From contig JBBQRX010000001.1 in the NCBI GenBank assembly GCA_038214375.1, forward strand, positions 77,131 to 141,130: a DNA stretch of 64,000 bases, in the 5' to 3' direction. The stretch comes from Candidatus Limnocylindrales bacterium (GTDB lineage Bacteria > Chloroflexota > Limnocylindria > Limnocylindrales > CSP1-4). Shown in pieces: positions 55,732-64,000 of the stretch; the first letter of the stretch is position 1, and each line of letters begins with the position of its first letter. A program made the translations under genes and the position numbers. The notes below the pieces were generated by a model. It worked only from the letters and a program-made list of their open reading frames with translations. It ran no database searches and was not told where the DNA came from.

Positions 55732-57033
55732 ATGACCGTTCCGACCGTCCGCTATACAGACGAGCGCCTCCCGAACGGGCTCCGTCTCGTCATGAGCGAG
55801 GATCACCTGGTCCCCGTCGTGGCCGTCAACGTCTGGTACGACGTGGGGAGCAAGCACGAGCAGCCCGGCAAGACGGGATTCGCCCACCTCTTCGAGCACG
55901 TCATGTTCCAGGGCAGCCGTCACGTCGCGAAGGCCGAGCACATCGCGCTCGTCCAGGCGGCGGGGGGCAGCATGAACGGGACGACCTGGCTCGACCGGAC
56001 GAACTACTTCGAGACGATGCCCTCTCACCAGCTCGAGCTGGCGCTCTGGCTCGAGGCCGACCGGATGGGGACCCTTCTCGACGCGCTCAGCCAGGAGAAC
56101 CTCGACAACCAGCGCGCGGTCGTCAAGAACGAAAAGCGCTCGAGCTACGACAACCAGCCGTACGGGACGTGGCAGGAGAAGCTCCTGGGACACGTCTACC
56201 CGGAGGGCCACCCGTACCACCACCCGACGATCGGCTCGATGGAGGACCTCGACGCGGCGTCGCTCGAGGACGTCGCCGCGTTCTTCCGGACCTACTACGC
56301 GCCGAACAACGCGGTGCTCTCGATCGTGGGGGACGTGGACCCGGGCCAGGCACGCGCCTGGGTCGAGCGGTATTTCGGGCCGCTCGCGGCCAACCCGGCG
56401 ATCCCCGCGTTCCACCCGGACCCGTTGCCGCTCACGCTCGGCGGCGAGCAGCGCGAGATCGTCCCGGACCGGGTTCCGCTGCCGCGCATCTATGTCGGCT
56501 ACCGCGCCCCGAGCCTCGGCGATGCGCGCCTCTACGCGCTCGAGATCGCCGCCCAGGTGCTCACCGGGGGCAAGGGCAGCCGCCTCCACCGCCGGCTCGT
56601 CCGCGACGCGCAGATCGCCCAGGACGTGGCGATGTTCGGCCTCGGCTTCTCGTCCGGCCCGTCCGTCTTCATGGGCTGGGCCACCGTGCGCCCCGACTCC
56701 ACGATCGAGGCAGTCGAGGCCGGTCTCCTCGACGAGCTCGCGCGGATGGGACTCGAGCAGATCAGCGACGACGAGCTCGCCCGCGCGAAGGCGCTCATCG
56801 AGACCGACGAGCTGGCGGCGCTCCAGCGGGTCAGCGAGCGCGCCGACCGGCTGAGCATGTATGCCACCCTGCTCGATGATCCGGACGAGATCAACCGGCA
56901 GCTCGAACGCTACCTCGCGGTCACGTCCGAGGATGTCCGGGCCGCCTGTGCCGAGTTCCTCGTCGCGGACAACCGGGTGGTGCTGACGTATGTTCCGGCC
57001 GAGGCCGGCTCCGAATCCGCGGAGGCCGCATGA
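55732..57033 (+). CDS. M16-family (pitrilysin/insulinase) zinc peptidase, active subunit
   Basis: GFAHLFEHVMFQGS (HxxEH inverted zinc motif), NGTTWLDRTNYF. Confidence 0.9.
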   Translation: MTVPTVRYTDERLPNGLRLVMSEDHLVPVVAVNVWYDVGSKHEQPGKTGFAHLFEHVMFQGSRHVAKAEHIALVQAAGGSMNGTTWLDRTNYFETMPSHQLELALWLEADRMGTLLDALSQENLDNQRAVVKNEKRSSYDNQPYGTWQEKLLGHVYPEGHPYHHPTIGSMEDLDAASLEDVAAFFRTYYAPNNAVLSIVGDVDPGQARAWVERYFGPLAANPAIPAFHPDPLPLTLGGEQREIVPDRVPLPRIYVGYRAPSLGDARLYALEIAAQVLTGGKGSRLHRRLVRDAQIAQDVAMFGLGFSSGPSVFMGWATVRPDSTIEAVEAGLLDELARMGLEQISDDELARAKALIETDELAALQRVSERADRLSMYATLLDDPDEINRQLERYLAVTSEDVRAACAEFLVADNRVVLTYVPAEAGSESAEAA

Positions 57034-58439
57034 ACGTCCCCGATCCTGTCGAGGCTGTGCTCGGCGTCCGGCCGGTTCCGGGCACGCCGCGGCCGTTCAC
57101 GTTCCCGGCAGCCGCGCGCGGCCGCCTCTCCGGCGGTCTTGCCCTCGTGGTGGTCCACCTGCCCGGACGTCCGCTCGTCTCCGCCAGCCTGTACCTGCCG
57201 AACGGCGCGGTCGACGAGCCCGCCGGGGAAGGGGGCGCGACCGTGCTCGCCGCGCGGGCCCTCACGGAGGGCACGCGTCACCGCGACGCCGTCGCCCTCG
57301 CGGAGGCGGCCGAGCGCCTCGGTGCGTCCCTGCGAGCCGAGGCCGGCTGGGACGCGACCGTGGTCGGGGTCGACGTCCCGGCAGAGCGCCTCGGGGCGGC
57401 TCTCGAGCTTCTCGCCGAGGTCGTGCGCGAGCCGGCGTTCCCCGAGCGCGACGTGGAGCGGCTGCGCGACCAGCGCCTCAACGACCTGCTGCAGGCCAGG
57501 GTCGACCCCTCCCGGCGCGCCGAGGAGGCGTTCATCGAGACGATCTATGCCGCGGAGACACCGTATGCACGGGTCGCAGGGGGTCGCCGCGAGACGGTCG
57601 AGACGCTCGACGCGGCCATCCTCCGGCGCGCGTACGCCCGTCTCGGCGATCCCGATCGTGCCGCCCTGATCGTCGGTGGGGACCTCGGAGGGCTCGAGAT
57701 CGCCGGGCTCGTCGAGCCCCTTTTCGGCGACTTCGAAGCCGGCCGACCCGGGGCGGGGTCATCCGTGGCCGGGCCGCGCATCGGGGACGGCCTGGATCGG
57801 CCGCGGGTCCGCCTTGTCCACCGGCCGGGCGCCGTCCAGTCCGAGCTCCGGGTGGGCCATCTCGGCCTGCCCCGCCGGACGCCCGACTACCACGCCGTCA
57901 CGGTGATGGCGATGATCCTGGGCGGCCTCTTCAACTCGCGGCTCAACATGAAGCTCCGCGAGGAGAAGGGCTACACGTACGGGGCCGGCGCCGGCTTCGA
58001 CTTCCGGCGCTTCGCCGGACCGTTCTCGGCGCGCGCGGCGGTCAACACCGACGCCACGGTCCCGGCCCTCGCCGACCTCCTCGCCGAGCTGCACCGGATG
58101 CGGGATGCCGCACCGACGGATGCCGAGATGCGCGCGGCCCGGGACTACCTGGTCGGCGTCTTCCCGCTCCGGTTCGAGACGCCGGGGCCGATCGTGGGCG
58201 CGCTCGGCGGGCTCGTGACGTTCGGGCTCCCGTTCGATGAGCTCGACCACTACCGCCCCGCGATCGATGCCGTGACCGGTGCCGATGTGCTCGCCGCTGC
58301 TCGGACCCACCTGCACCTCGAGCGACTCGCGGTGGTCGTGGTCGGGGACGCCGACGCGGTCGGGGCGGACCTCGAGAGGGCCGCCATCGGCGACGTGGAG
58401 GTCGTGCGCGAGGCCGAGCCGGTCACCGACGGAGCCTGA
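57030..58439 (+). CDS. M16-family peptidase-like protein (no HxxEH; probable non-catalytic partner)
   Basis: ATGA-coupled to the upstream M16 gene. M16 C-terminal-domain-like sequence (NSRLNMKLREEKGYTYGA). Confidence 0.85.
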   Translation: MNVPDPVEAVLGVRPVPGTPRPFTFPAAARGRLSGGLALVVVHLPGRPLVSASLYLPNGAVDEPAGEGGATVLAARALTEGTRHRDAVALAEAAERLGASLRAEAGWDATVVGVDVPAERLGAALELLAEVVREPAFPERDVERLRDQRLNDLLQARVDPSRRAEEAFIETIYAAETPYARVAGGRRETVETLDAAILRRAYARLGDPDRAALIVGGDLGGLEIAGLVEPLFGDFEAGRPGAGSSVAGPRIGDGLDRPRVRLVHRPGAVQSELRVGHLGLPRRTPDYHAVTVMAMILGGLFNSRLNMKLREEKGYTYGAGAGFDFRRFAGPFSARAAVNTDATVPALADLLAELHRMRDAAPTDAEMRAARDYLVGVFPLRFETPGPIVGALGGLVTFGLPFDELDHYRPAIDAVTGADVLAAARTHLHLERLAVVVVGDADAVGADLERAAIGDVEVVREAEPVTDGA

Positions 58440-58565
58440 CGCGAGCCCGCGCACCACTTCGCCCTGAAACCTTTCCATGCGCCGCGGCCTCTGACGGGTA
58501 GCGAGGTCGAACACAGCGCCCGACCGCGCGGATGCCGGGCACGGTGGCTCGTCAGGAGCAGGCGC

Positions 58566-59165
58566 ATGGAGGGTGGGAAGACCATGGATCGATACAGCCC
58601 GAGACTCATTCGCGGCATTGCCGCGGCCGGCGTCTCCGTCTTCCTCGTCGCGGGTGCGGCCTTCGCGGCGAATGCCGTGATGGGCCCCGGCACGACGGCC
58701 CGGGACTTCACCCCGGCCGCGGCCAGCACGCCGTCCGACGCGTCGGGAACCGCCGAGGCGACCGAGACCGCGGAGCCCACCGAGACGCCTGATGCGACGA
58801 TCGGAACGTCCGCGAAGGACGAGGCGGCCGAGAGGGCCGAGCCGACCGACACCGCCGAGCCGACCGAGACCGCCGAACCGGCCCATTCTCCGAAGGCGGC
58901 CGAGACCGCCGAGCCGACCGAGGCCCCCGGTGTCGAGGACCAGTCCGGCGACCAGGACAACCAGGGCGACGAGCACGGTGGCGACCAGCACGACGGCGTC
59001 CGGGCCACCCCGACCTCCGGCGCGGCGACCCCCGAGGCCGCGGGCACGCCCGAGCCGACCGAGACGCCCGGCTCGCACGACGGCGGCGGAAACGACGGCG
59101 GCGGAAGCGACGGGGGCGGAAACGACGGGGGCGGCAGCGGCTCCGACAACGGTGGCAACGGATAG
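58566..59165 (+). CDS. secreted/anchored low-complexity protein (Thr/Glu/Pro/Ala-rich, Gly/Asp/Asn-rich C-terminus)
   Basis: N-terminal signal/TM IAAAGVSVFLVAGAAFAANA. Repeated AEPTETAEP units and a GGGNDGGGSDGGGNDGGG tail. Confidence 0.6.
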   Translation: MEGGKTMDRYSPRLIRGIAAAGVSVFLVAGAAFAANAVMGPGTTARDFTPAAASTPSDASGTAEATETAEPTETPDATIGTSAKDEAAERAEPTDTAEPTETAEPAHSPKAAETAEPTEAPGVEDQSGDQDNQGDEHGGDQHDGVRATPTSGAATPEAAGTPEPTETPGSHDGGGNDGGGSDGGGNDGGGSGSDNGGNG

Positions 59166-59210
59166 CACCCGGGCATCGGGACGGTTCCCCGGACGAGGGA
59201 GGCGGGTCAT

Positions 59211-59948
59211 GTGGCGTACGACCGTTCGCGCGTCGTATGGTCTCGTGGCCAGCCCCCCGACCCGGGTGATGGACGCCCCGACCCTGGAGGCCCCCCGATC
59301 GACGCGCCGCGCGACCCCGGTCCCTTCGAGACGCCCGAGGACGACATCGAGGCGCGTCGGGTCGTCGCTGCAGTTCTCGACGGGGATCGCGACGCGTTCA
59401 GGACTCTCGTGGAGCGCGAGTCGCGCGCGCTCGTCCGCAGCTGCTATCGCGTCCTCGGCGACCTTCACGACGCCGAGGACGCAGCCCAGGAGGCGTTCGT
59501 GACCGCGTATCGCGCACTCGGGACGTGGCGGGGCGACGGCCCGTTCGGTGCGTGGCTCGCCCGGATCGGGATCCGGATCGCCATTCGCAAGGCATCCCGG
59601 CGGCGGCCCGTCGCATGGATCGACCCCCGACCGGCCGCCGCCGACCGCCGCGACGAAGCCGGCGCGGCGAACGCGGTCGGAGAGCGGGCCCTGCTGGGCG
59701 CGATCGGCCGCGCGGAGGCAGATCCGGCCCAGCTCGTGATGCGCGCCGAGCGCGCGGCATCCATCCGCGCAGCGGTGGCCAACCTCGACGAGCCGTATCG
59801 CGAGGTCATCGCACTGCGCTTCTTCTCCGATCTGTCGCTCGCCGAGATCGCCGAACAGGCCGGGCGGCCCCTGGGGACCGTCAAGACGCACCTCCACCGC
59901 GGCCTCCAGCGACTGCGCCGCGCGCTCGAGATCGAAGGTGTGGCCTGA
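59211..59948 (+). CDS. ECF-type RNA polymerase sigma-70 family factor
   Basis: Region 2 (DAEDAAQEAFVTAYRAL...FGAWLARIGIRIA) and region 4 (YREVIALRFFSDLSLAEIAEQAGRPLGTVKTHLHRG). GTG 59211 after gagggagg. Confidence 0.85.
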   Translation: MAYDRSRVVWSRGQPPDPGDGRPDPGGPPIDAPRDPGPFETPEDDIEARRVVAAVLDGDRDAFRTLVERESRALVRSCYRVLGDLHDAEDAAQEAFVTAYRALGTWRGDGPFGAWLARIGIRIAIRKASRRRPVAWIDPRPAAADRRDEAGAANAVGERALLGAIGRAEADPAQLVMRAERAASIRAAVANLDEPYREVIALRFFSDLSLAEIAEQAGRPLGTVKTHLHRGLQRLRRALEIEGVA

Positions 59949-60739
59949 TGGCCGGCGCTCAGCGACCCGGTCGGTTCCGCCCCGGCGAGCTCGATGCCGC
60001 CGACCTGGGTCCCGGAACCGAGGCCGAGCTGCTCGGCACGGCCCGCGAGCTGGAATGGCTCGCCGTGCGCGAGGACGTCGGCCCCGCTCCCGACTTCACC
60101 GATCGCGTCATGGCCGCCGTCGGTCGTGAGCCTGCGCCGCGGCCGGTCGCGGCGGTGCTCGGCGCGGCGCGGCGACGGAGCCCGATCGCCGCACTTTCAG
60201 CGCTCGGCGACCTGTGGCGGGTGGCGGTGACCGGCGGCCGGCCCCTCGCGGCCCGGTTCCCGGCCATGGCGCTCGTGGCGCTTCTCCTTCTCGGGTCCGT
60301 GGGCGCGGGCGCCCTCGGTGTCGGGGCGCTCTCCGGGCTGCTCGGCCGAAACGCGGAGCCGACGCCGGTTCTCTCACCCTCGCCGGTCGTGGCCTCAACG
60401 CCCGACGTTTCTCCCAGCCCGTCACCGTCGCCGTCGCCCGCCGAGAGCGAATCGGCGGTGCCGAGCGGCCAACCGGAGACTTCAGCGAGCCCCGAGCCCT
60501 CGGACACGCCCGCAGCGTCCGCCGGCCCCGCCGCGACGCCTGCCGCGACCGAGGATCACATGGCGCGACCGACCATCACCGCGCGGCCGACGGCCCTTCC
60601 CACGTCGAGGCCGGGCGCGACCGAGACGCCGCGGCCGACCGAGACCGCGACACCGGGCGAAAGTCGCAGCCCCAGCCCAGGCGACACGCCGCGACCGACC
60701 GAGACACCCGAGTCGACGTCGGGCAACGGCGGCGGGTAG
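59948..60739 (+). CDS. putative anti-sigma factor (single TM, Pro/Ser/Thr-rich extracytoplasmic tail)
   Basis: Start overlaps the sigma gene stop (TGATG). Central TM MALVALLLLGSVGAGALGVGAL, then a low-complexity SPSPSPSP/TETP region. Confidence 0.65.
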   Translation: MAGAQRPGRFRPGELDAADLGPGTEAELLGTARELEWLAVREDVGPAPDFTDRVMAAVGREPAPRPVAAVLGAARRRSPIAALSALGDLWRVAVTGGRPLAARFPAMALVALLLLGSVGAGALGVGALSGLLGRNAEPTPVLSPSPVVASTPDVSPSPSPSPSPAESESAVPSGQPETSASPEPSDTPAASAGPAATPAATEDHMARPTITARPTALPTSRPGATETPRPTETATPGESRSPSPGDTPRPTETPESTSGNGGG

Positions 60740-60800
60740 ACGGGCCGCCATCAACGGATCCACGCTCCGCCACGGATGGCGCTCCTGCTAGGCTGACCGG

Positions 60801-61520
60801 ATGATCGCGGTCGTCGGCTCCCCGACGTTCATGCCCGCATCCGCGCCCGGAGCACCGGGCGGCGCGGGCGGGCTTGCCGCGGGCATCGCGCTGGCCGCCG
60901 CGGCCGGCGGCGCCGAGGTCCAGCTCGTCGGGAAGATCGGCGACGATCCTTCCGGAGATGCCGTGCTGCTCGCGCTCGCCCGGGGCGGCGTCGGGCACCT
61001 CGCGGTGCTGCGCGACGCCGGGCACGCAACCCCGATCGCGGCTCCCCGCGCACCGGAGGTCGAACCCGCCGACTCCGAGCCGATCGCGGCGCTGCTCGCC
61101 GGCGACGATGGGACCGAGGCAGGCGAGACGGCCGCCGGGGCATTCGGGGCATCGGGGACGGCAAACCCTCACGCGGCCGGCCTCACCCTCGACCCGGCCG
61201 ATATCGCGCTCGGGCTTCGCTATGTCCGTGACTTCCTGGTGCTCGTGGCCGCCGGCCCGCTCGACGAGCCGTCCACCCTGGTCCTGGCCGAGGCCGCGAC
61301 GTTCGCTGATGCGACGCTGATCGTCATCGCCAAATCCGGCGACGCGAGCGCGGTCGCACCACGATCCGCCATCGTGCTCGAGGCCCCGGAGACCGACCCC
61401 GACGCGGCGTTCGCCGCGCTCGTCGGGCGCCTCGCCGTGGCCGTGGAGCGTGGCGTGGCCCCGGCCGACGCGTTCCGAGCCGCGACCGCCGAGGGCGGCT
61501 GGGAGCGCGCGACGGGCTGA
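60801..61520 (+). CDS. PfkB/ribokinase-like protein, short and divergent
   Basis: MIAVVGS...VQLVGKIGDDPSGDAVLLALARGGV resembles a PfkB N-terminus. The middle of the protein is low-complexity. Confidence 0.5.
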   Translation: MIAVVGSPTFMPASAPGAPGGAGGLAAGIALAAAAGGAEVQLVGKIGDDPSGDAVLLALARGGVGHLAVLRDAGHATPIAAPRAPEVEPADSEPIAALLAGDDGTEAGETAAGAFGASGTANPHAAGLTLDPADIALGLRYVRDFLVLVAAGPLDEPSTLVLAEAATFADATLIVIAKSGDASAVAPRSAIVLEAPETDPDAAFAALVGRLAVAVERGVAPADAFRAATAEGGWERATG

Positions 61521-61566
61521 CGGCCGGAACGCCCGGCCCGGCTCGTCGATCGGGCGTCCTGCGCGA

Positions 61567-62292
61567 TCAGCCGAGGGTCAGCTGCGTGCCTCCGGGCTCG
61601 GGACCGAGCGGACCCAGCGGCAGCACGAGGTCGGGACCTTCGTTGCGCGCGTTGTTCACGCGCTTCGTGACCGGGTAGCGGATCAGGAGGTCGTCGGGCG
61701 CGGGCCGCAACAGGTCGAGCAGCGCGGCGGCGTCGGGAGCGCCGGGGTCCAGCCAGGCGCCCCAGTCCGCCGCCGAGAGGATCACCGGCATCCGGTCGTG
61801 GATCGGCGCCAGCGTGGCGTTCGCCGTCGTCGTGACGATCGTGAACGTGCGCAGCCATTCGCTGTCGGGCTCAGCAGGGTCGCGCCATGGCGACCAGAGG
61901 CCGGCGAACGCCATCGGCTCACCGTCGGCGCGCCGGAGCAGGTTCGGCTGGCGGATCGACTCGGCGACGCGCTCCCACTCGTAGAACGCGTCCGCGGGGA
62001 CCAGGCAGCGCCGCTTCTGGAACGCGGTGCGGAACGCGGCCGTGGTCGCGACGGTCTCGGCGCGGGCGTTGATCAGGCGGTTGCCGATCTTCGCGTCCTT
62101 CGCCCAGCTCGGCACCAGCCCCCAGCGATATGCGGCGATGGCCCGGCGCTCGTCGGGCCGCTCCACCACCACGAGCCCCGACTGCAGCGGAGCAAGGTTG
62201 AAGCGGCCGCCCGGCGTCGCGGCCAGGTCCTCCGCTTCGAACAGGGCGGCGAGCTCCGCGCTGGGGCGCTGCTGGGTGAACCGGCCGCACAT
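61567..62292 (-). CDS. SOS-response-associated peptidase (SRAP/YedK family, abasic-site crosslinking)
   Basis: MCGRF (catalytic Cys2), RWGLVPSWAKD, INARAETV, CLVPADAFYEW. Confidence 0.9.
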   Translation of the reverse strand: MCGRFTQQRPSAELAALFEAEDLAATPGGRFNLAPLQSGLVVVERPDERRAIAAYRWGLVPSWAKDAKIGNRLINARAETVATTAAFRTAFQKRRCLVPADAFYEWERVAESIRQPNLLRRADGEPMAFAGLWSPWRDPAEPDSEWLRTFTIVTTTANATLAPIHDRMPVILSAADWGAWLDPGAPDAAALLDLLRPAPDDLLIRYPVTKRVNNARNEGPDLVLPLGPLGPEPGGTQLTLG

Positions 62293-62348
62293 GGGCCGGA
62301 GTCTACCAGCGGCGGCGGGCGACCCCGCCTTCTGCTACGGTCCTCCCG

Positions 62349-63599
62349 ATGAGTGGACGCACCACGGACAACCCGGCAGTCGCAGGACCCCTCGACCGGG
62401 CGACGGCGGAGGCGCTCCTCGCCCGCGCGGACGTGCTGCTGGCAGCCAGCGAGTTCGACGCCGCTCGCGCGCACTATGCGCGCCTGATCGGCTTCCCCGA
62501 CCCGGCGATCACCGGCGCTGCGCTGCTCGGGACGGGCGAGGCGCTCTTCCGGCTGGACGATGAGGCCGGCGCTCTCTGGAGCTGGGAGCAGGTGACACGC
62601 CTCCCGGAGAACCCGTCCGCCTACGCGGCATGGCGCCAGGTTGCCGCCGCGCGTGTCCGCGCCGGCACCCTCCGGACCGCGTTCGAGGCATACCGGGAGG
62701 CCGAGCGGCGGGCGCCGGCGCAGGACCGTGCGGAGATCGCGTCGCGCCTCGGCTGGCTCAGCAAGGAGCTCGGTGATTCGCACGGCGCGGGCCGCTACTT
62801 CGCGCGGAGCCGCGGCCGCGAGCGGACGCCGATCGTGAGCTACGCGATCCTCGGCGTCACCGTCGTCGTCTCGTTCCTGGGGCTCCAGCCTGAAGGAAGG
62901 GACCTGCTGCGACTGCTCGAGCTGGACAGGGGCCTTGGAAATGGGGAGTGGTGGCGCCTCGTGAGCCCCGTGCTGGTCCACGGGAGCCTCCTCCACCTCG
63001 CCTTCAACATGTACTTCCTGTATCTCGTCGGTCCACTGGTCGAGCAGGTCTACGGCTCGGCCCGGTTCCTGCTCCTCTACGTGCTGACGGCCGCAACCGC
63101 ATCCGTCGCGAGCTTCCTGCTCGGGCCGGGCCCGAGCGTGGGTGCTTCGGGCGCGCTCTTCGGGTTGTGCGGCGTCCTGCTCGTCGGCCGGATGCTCCAT
63201 CGCCCGGTGCTCGGGGGCCAGCAGCGCGCGTTGATGAGCCAGCTCGGCGGCCTGGTCGTGATCAACCTCGTGTTCGGGTTCGGGTTCAACTCGATCGGTG
63301 GCAACATCGACAACTTCGCACACCTCGGCGGGCTGGCAGGCGGGCTGTGGCTCGGTCTGCTGATCCCGCCGGTCGGCGCGGCCGAGCTCCCGCTCGTGGG
63401 CCGGCGGCCGGGCGGCGGAATGCCCGGTTCCCGGACGTCGCAGGTCGACGTTGCCGGCAGGCCGAACAACGCCGGGGCGAGCGTCGTGGCGCAGGGGACG
63501 GGCGGGCTTGCGCTCGTGGTCGTGCGCTGGGCCGGCGTCCTGGCGCTCGTGGTCGTCGTGTTCACGGCCGTCCTGCTCGGTTCCGGCAGGCTCGTCTAG
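62349..63599 (+). CDS. rhomboid-family intramembrane serine protease with N-terminal TPR-like region
   Basis: [34 protein letters not shown] (catalytic Ser), [12 protein letters not shown] (catalytic His). Confidence 0.85.
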   Translation: MSGRTTDNPAVAGPLDRATAEALLARADVLLAASEFDAARAHYARLIGFPDPAITGAALLGTGEALFRLDDEAGALWSWEQVTRLPENPSAYAAWRQVAAARVRAGTLRTAFEAYREAERRAPAQDRAEIASRLGWLSKELGDSHGAGRYFARSRGRERTPIVSYAILGVTVVVSFLGLQPEGRDLLRLLELDRGLGNGEWWRLVSPVLVHGSLLHLAFNMYFLYLVGPLVEQVYGSARFLLLYVLTAATASVASFLLGPGPSVGASGALFGLCGVLLVGRMLHRPVLGGQQRALMSQLGGLVVINLVFGFGFNSIGGNIDNFAHLGGLAGGLWLGLLIPPVGAAELPLVGRRPGGGMPGSRTSQVDVAGRPNNAGASVVAQGTGGLALVVVRWAGVLALVVVVFTAVLLGSGRLV

Positions 63600-63732
63600 C
63601 GCCCCGTCCGCGATCCGCCGCCGCCCGCCGCCTGCAGCTCACCGCGGACTTTCCGCCGCGCGCCGCCACGGGCCGGGCCGCGATGTCCGATTCCCGCGAG
63701 CGCGGGCTCGCGCGAGGTGCGATCCTGCGGCC

Positions 63733-64000
63733 ATGACCGTTCCCCGCGACTTCGAGCATCGCTACCGCGCCGTCGCCAGCCGCGACCCCCGCTTCGACGG
63801 GTACTTCTTTCTCGGCGTCACCTCCACCGGCATCTACTGTCGCCCGAGCTGCCCAGCCCGCACGCCTCGACGCGAGCACACCCGCTTCTACCCGACGGCC
63901 GCGGCGGCCCAGGCGGCCGGCTTCCGGGCGTGCAAGCGGTGCATCCCGGGCGCCGTGCCCGGCTCTCCGGAATGGGACGTCCGCGGCGACGTCGCGGGCC
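63733..64000 (+). CDS. Ada-like zinc-binding domain protein (Ada/AlkA-type DNA alkylation repair regulator/glycosylase), 5' part; runs off the right edge
   Basis: Own translation from ATG 63733: [54 protein letters not shown] is the Ada N-terminal Cys4 zinc motif region. No stop before nt 64000. Confidence 0.75.
   Translation, partial: MTVPRDFEHRYRAVASRDPRFDGYFFLGVTSTGIYCRPSCPARTPRREHTRFYPTAAAAQAAGFRACKRCIPGAVPGSPEWDVRGDVAG

Overview
Very GC-rich bacterial chromosomal segment: third codon positions are almost always G/C, and many genes are coupled by ATGA/GTGA start-stop overlaps. I could not assign a taxon. I support about 75 protein-coding genes, two tRNAs (Arg-TCT, Lys-CTT), several tandem repeats and a few regulatory candidates. 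Many long track ORFs are antisense or off-frame artefacts of the GC content, and I re-derived most start codons by hand.

Gene content, in order:
- Edge-truncated DNA methyltransferase.
- Tungsten module: AOR-family enzyme, radical SAM/SPASM maturase, ThiF/MoeB-like E1, TupABC, and a ThiS/MoaD-like GG protein.
- Decapitated EAL gene followed by a PAS-GGDEF cyclase.
- Run of small stress/membrane proteins (CsbD, GlsB/YmgE, YggT-like).
- DUF433/PIN-like toxin-antitoxin pair.
- Tryptophanase-family lyase, cydAB, and methylmalonyl-CoA-mutase components with MeaB.
- Beta-oxidation-like block, carAB, two M16 peptidases, an ECF sigma/anti-sigma pair, an SRAP peptidase, a rhomboid protease, and an Ada-like gene at the right edge.

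I found no complete, clearly novel multi-gene system. Observations most worth follow-up:
1. An in-frame TGA splits the otherwise intact AOR-linked rSAM/SPASM maturase.
2. A 221-bp mosaic element occurs twice, is built from five copies of a GTGCAC-GAWYCCGAC motif, and can form helices.
3. The tungsten module sits between a tRNA and a truncated gene, and includes an uncharacterised 222-aa protein coupled to the ubiquitin-like GG protein.
4. Two genes appear to start at SD-positioned CTG codons.
5. A PyrR-binding-loop-like leader with a coupled mini-ORF lies upstream of carA.
6. A stand-alone CarH/AerR-like B12 domain protein carries the Wx9EH motif.

Everything rests on manual reading. No database search, folding or statistics were run.
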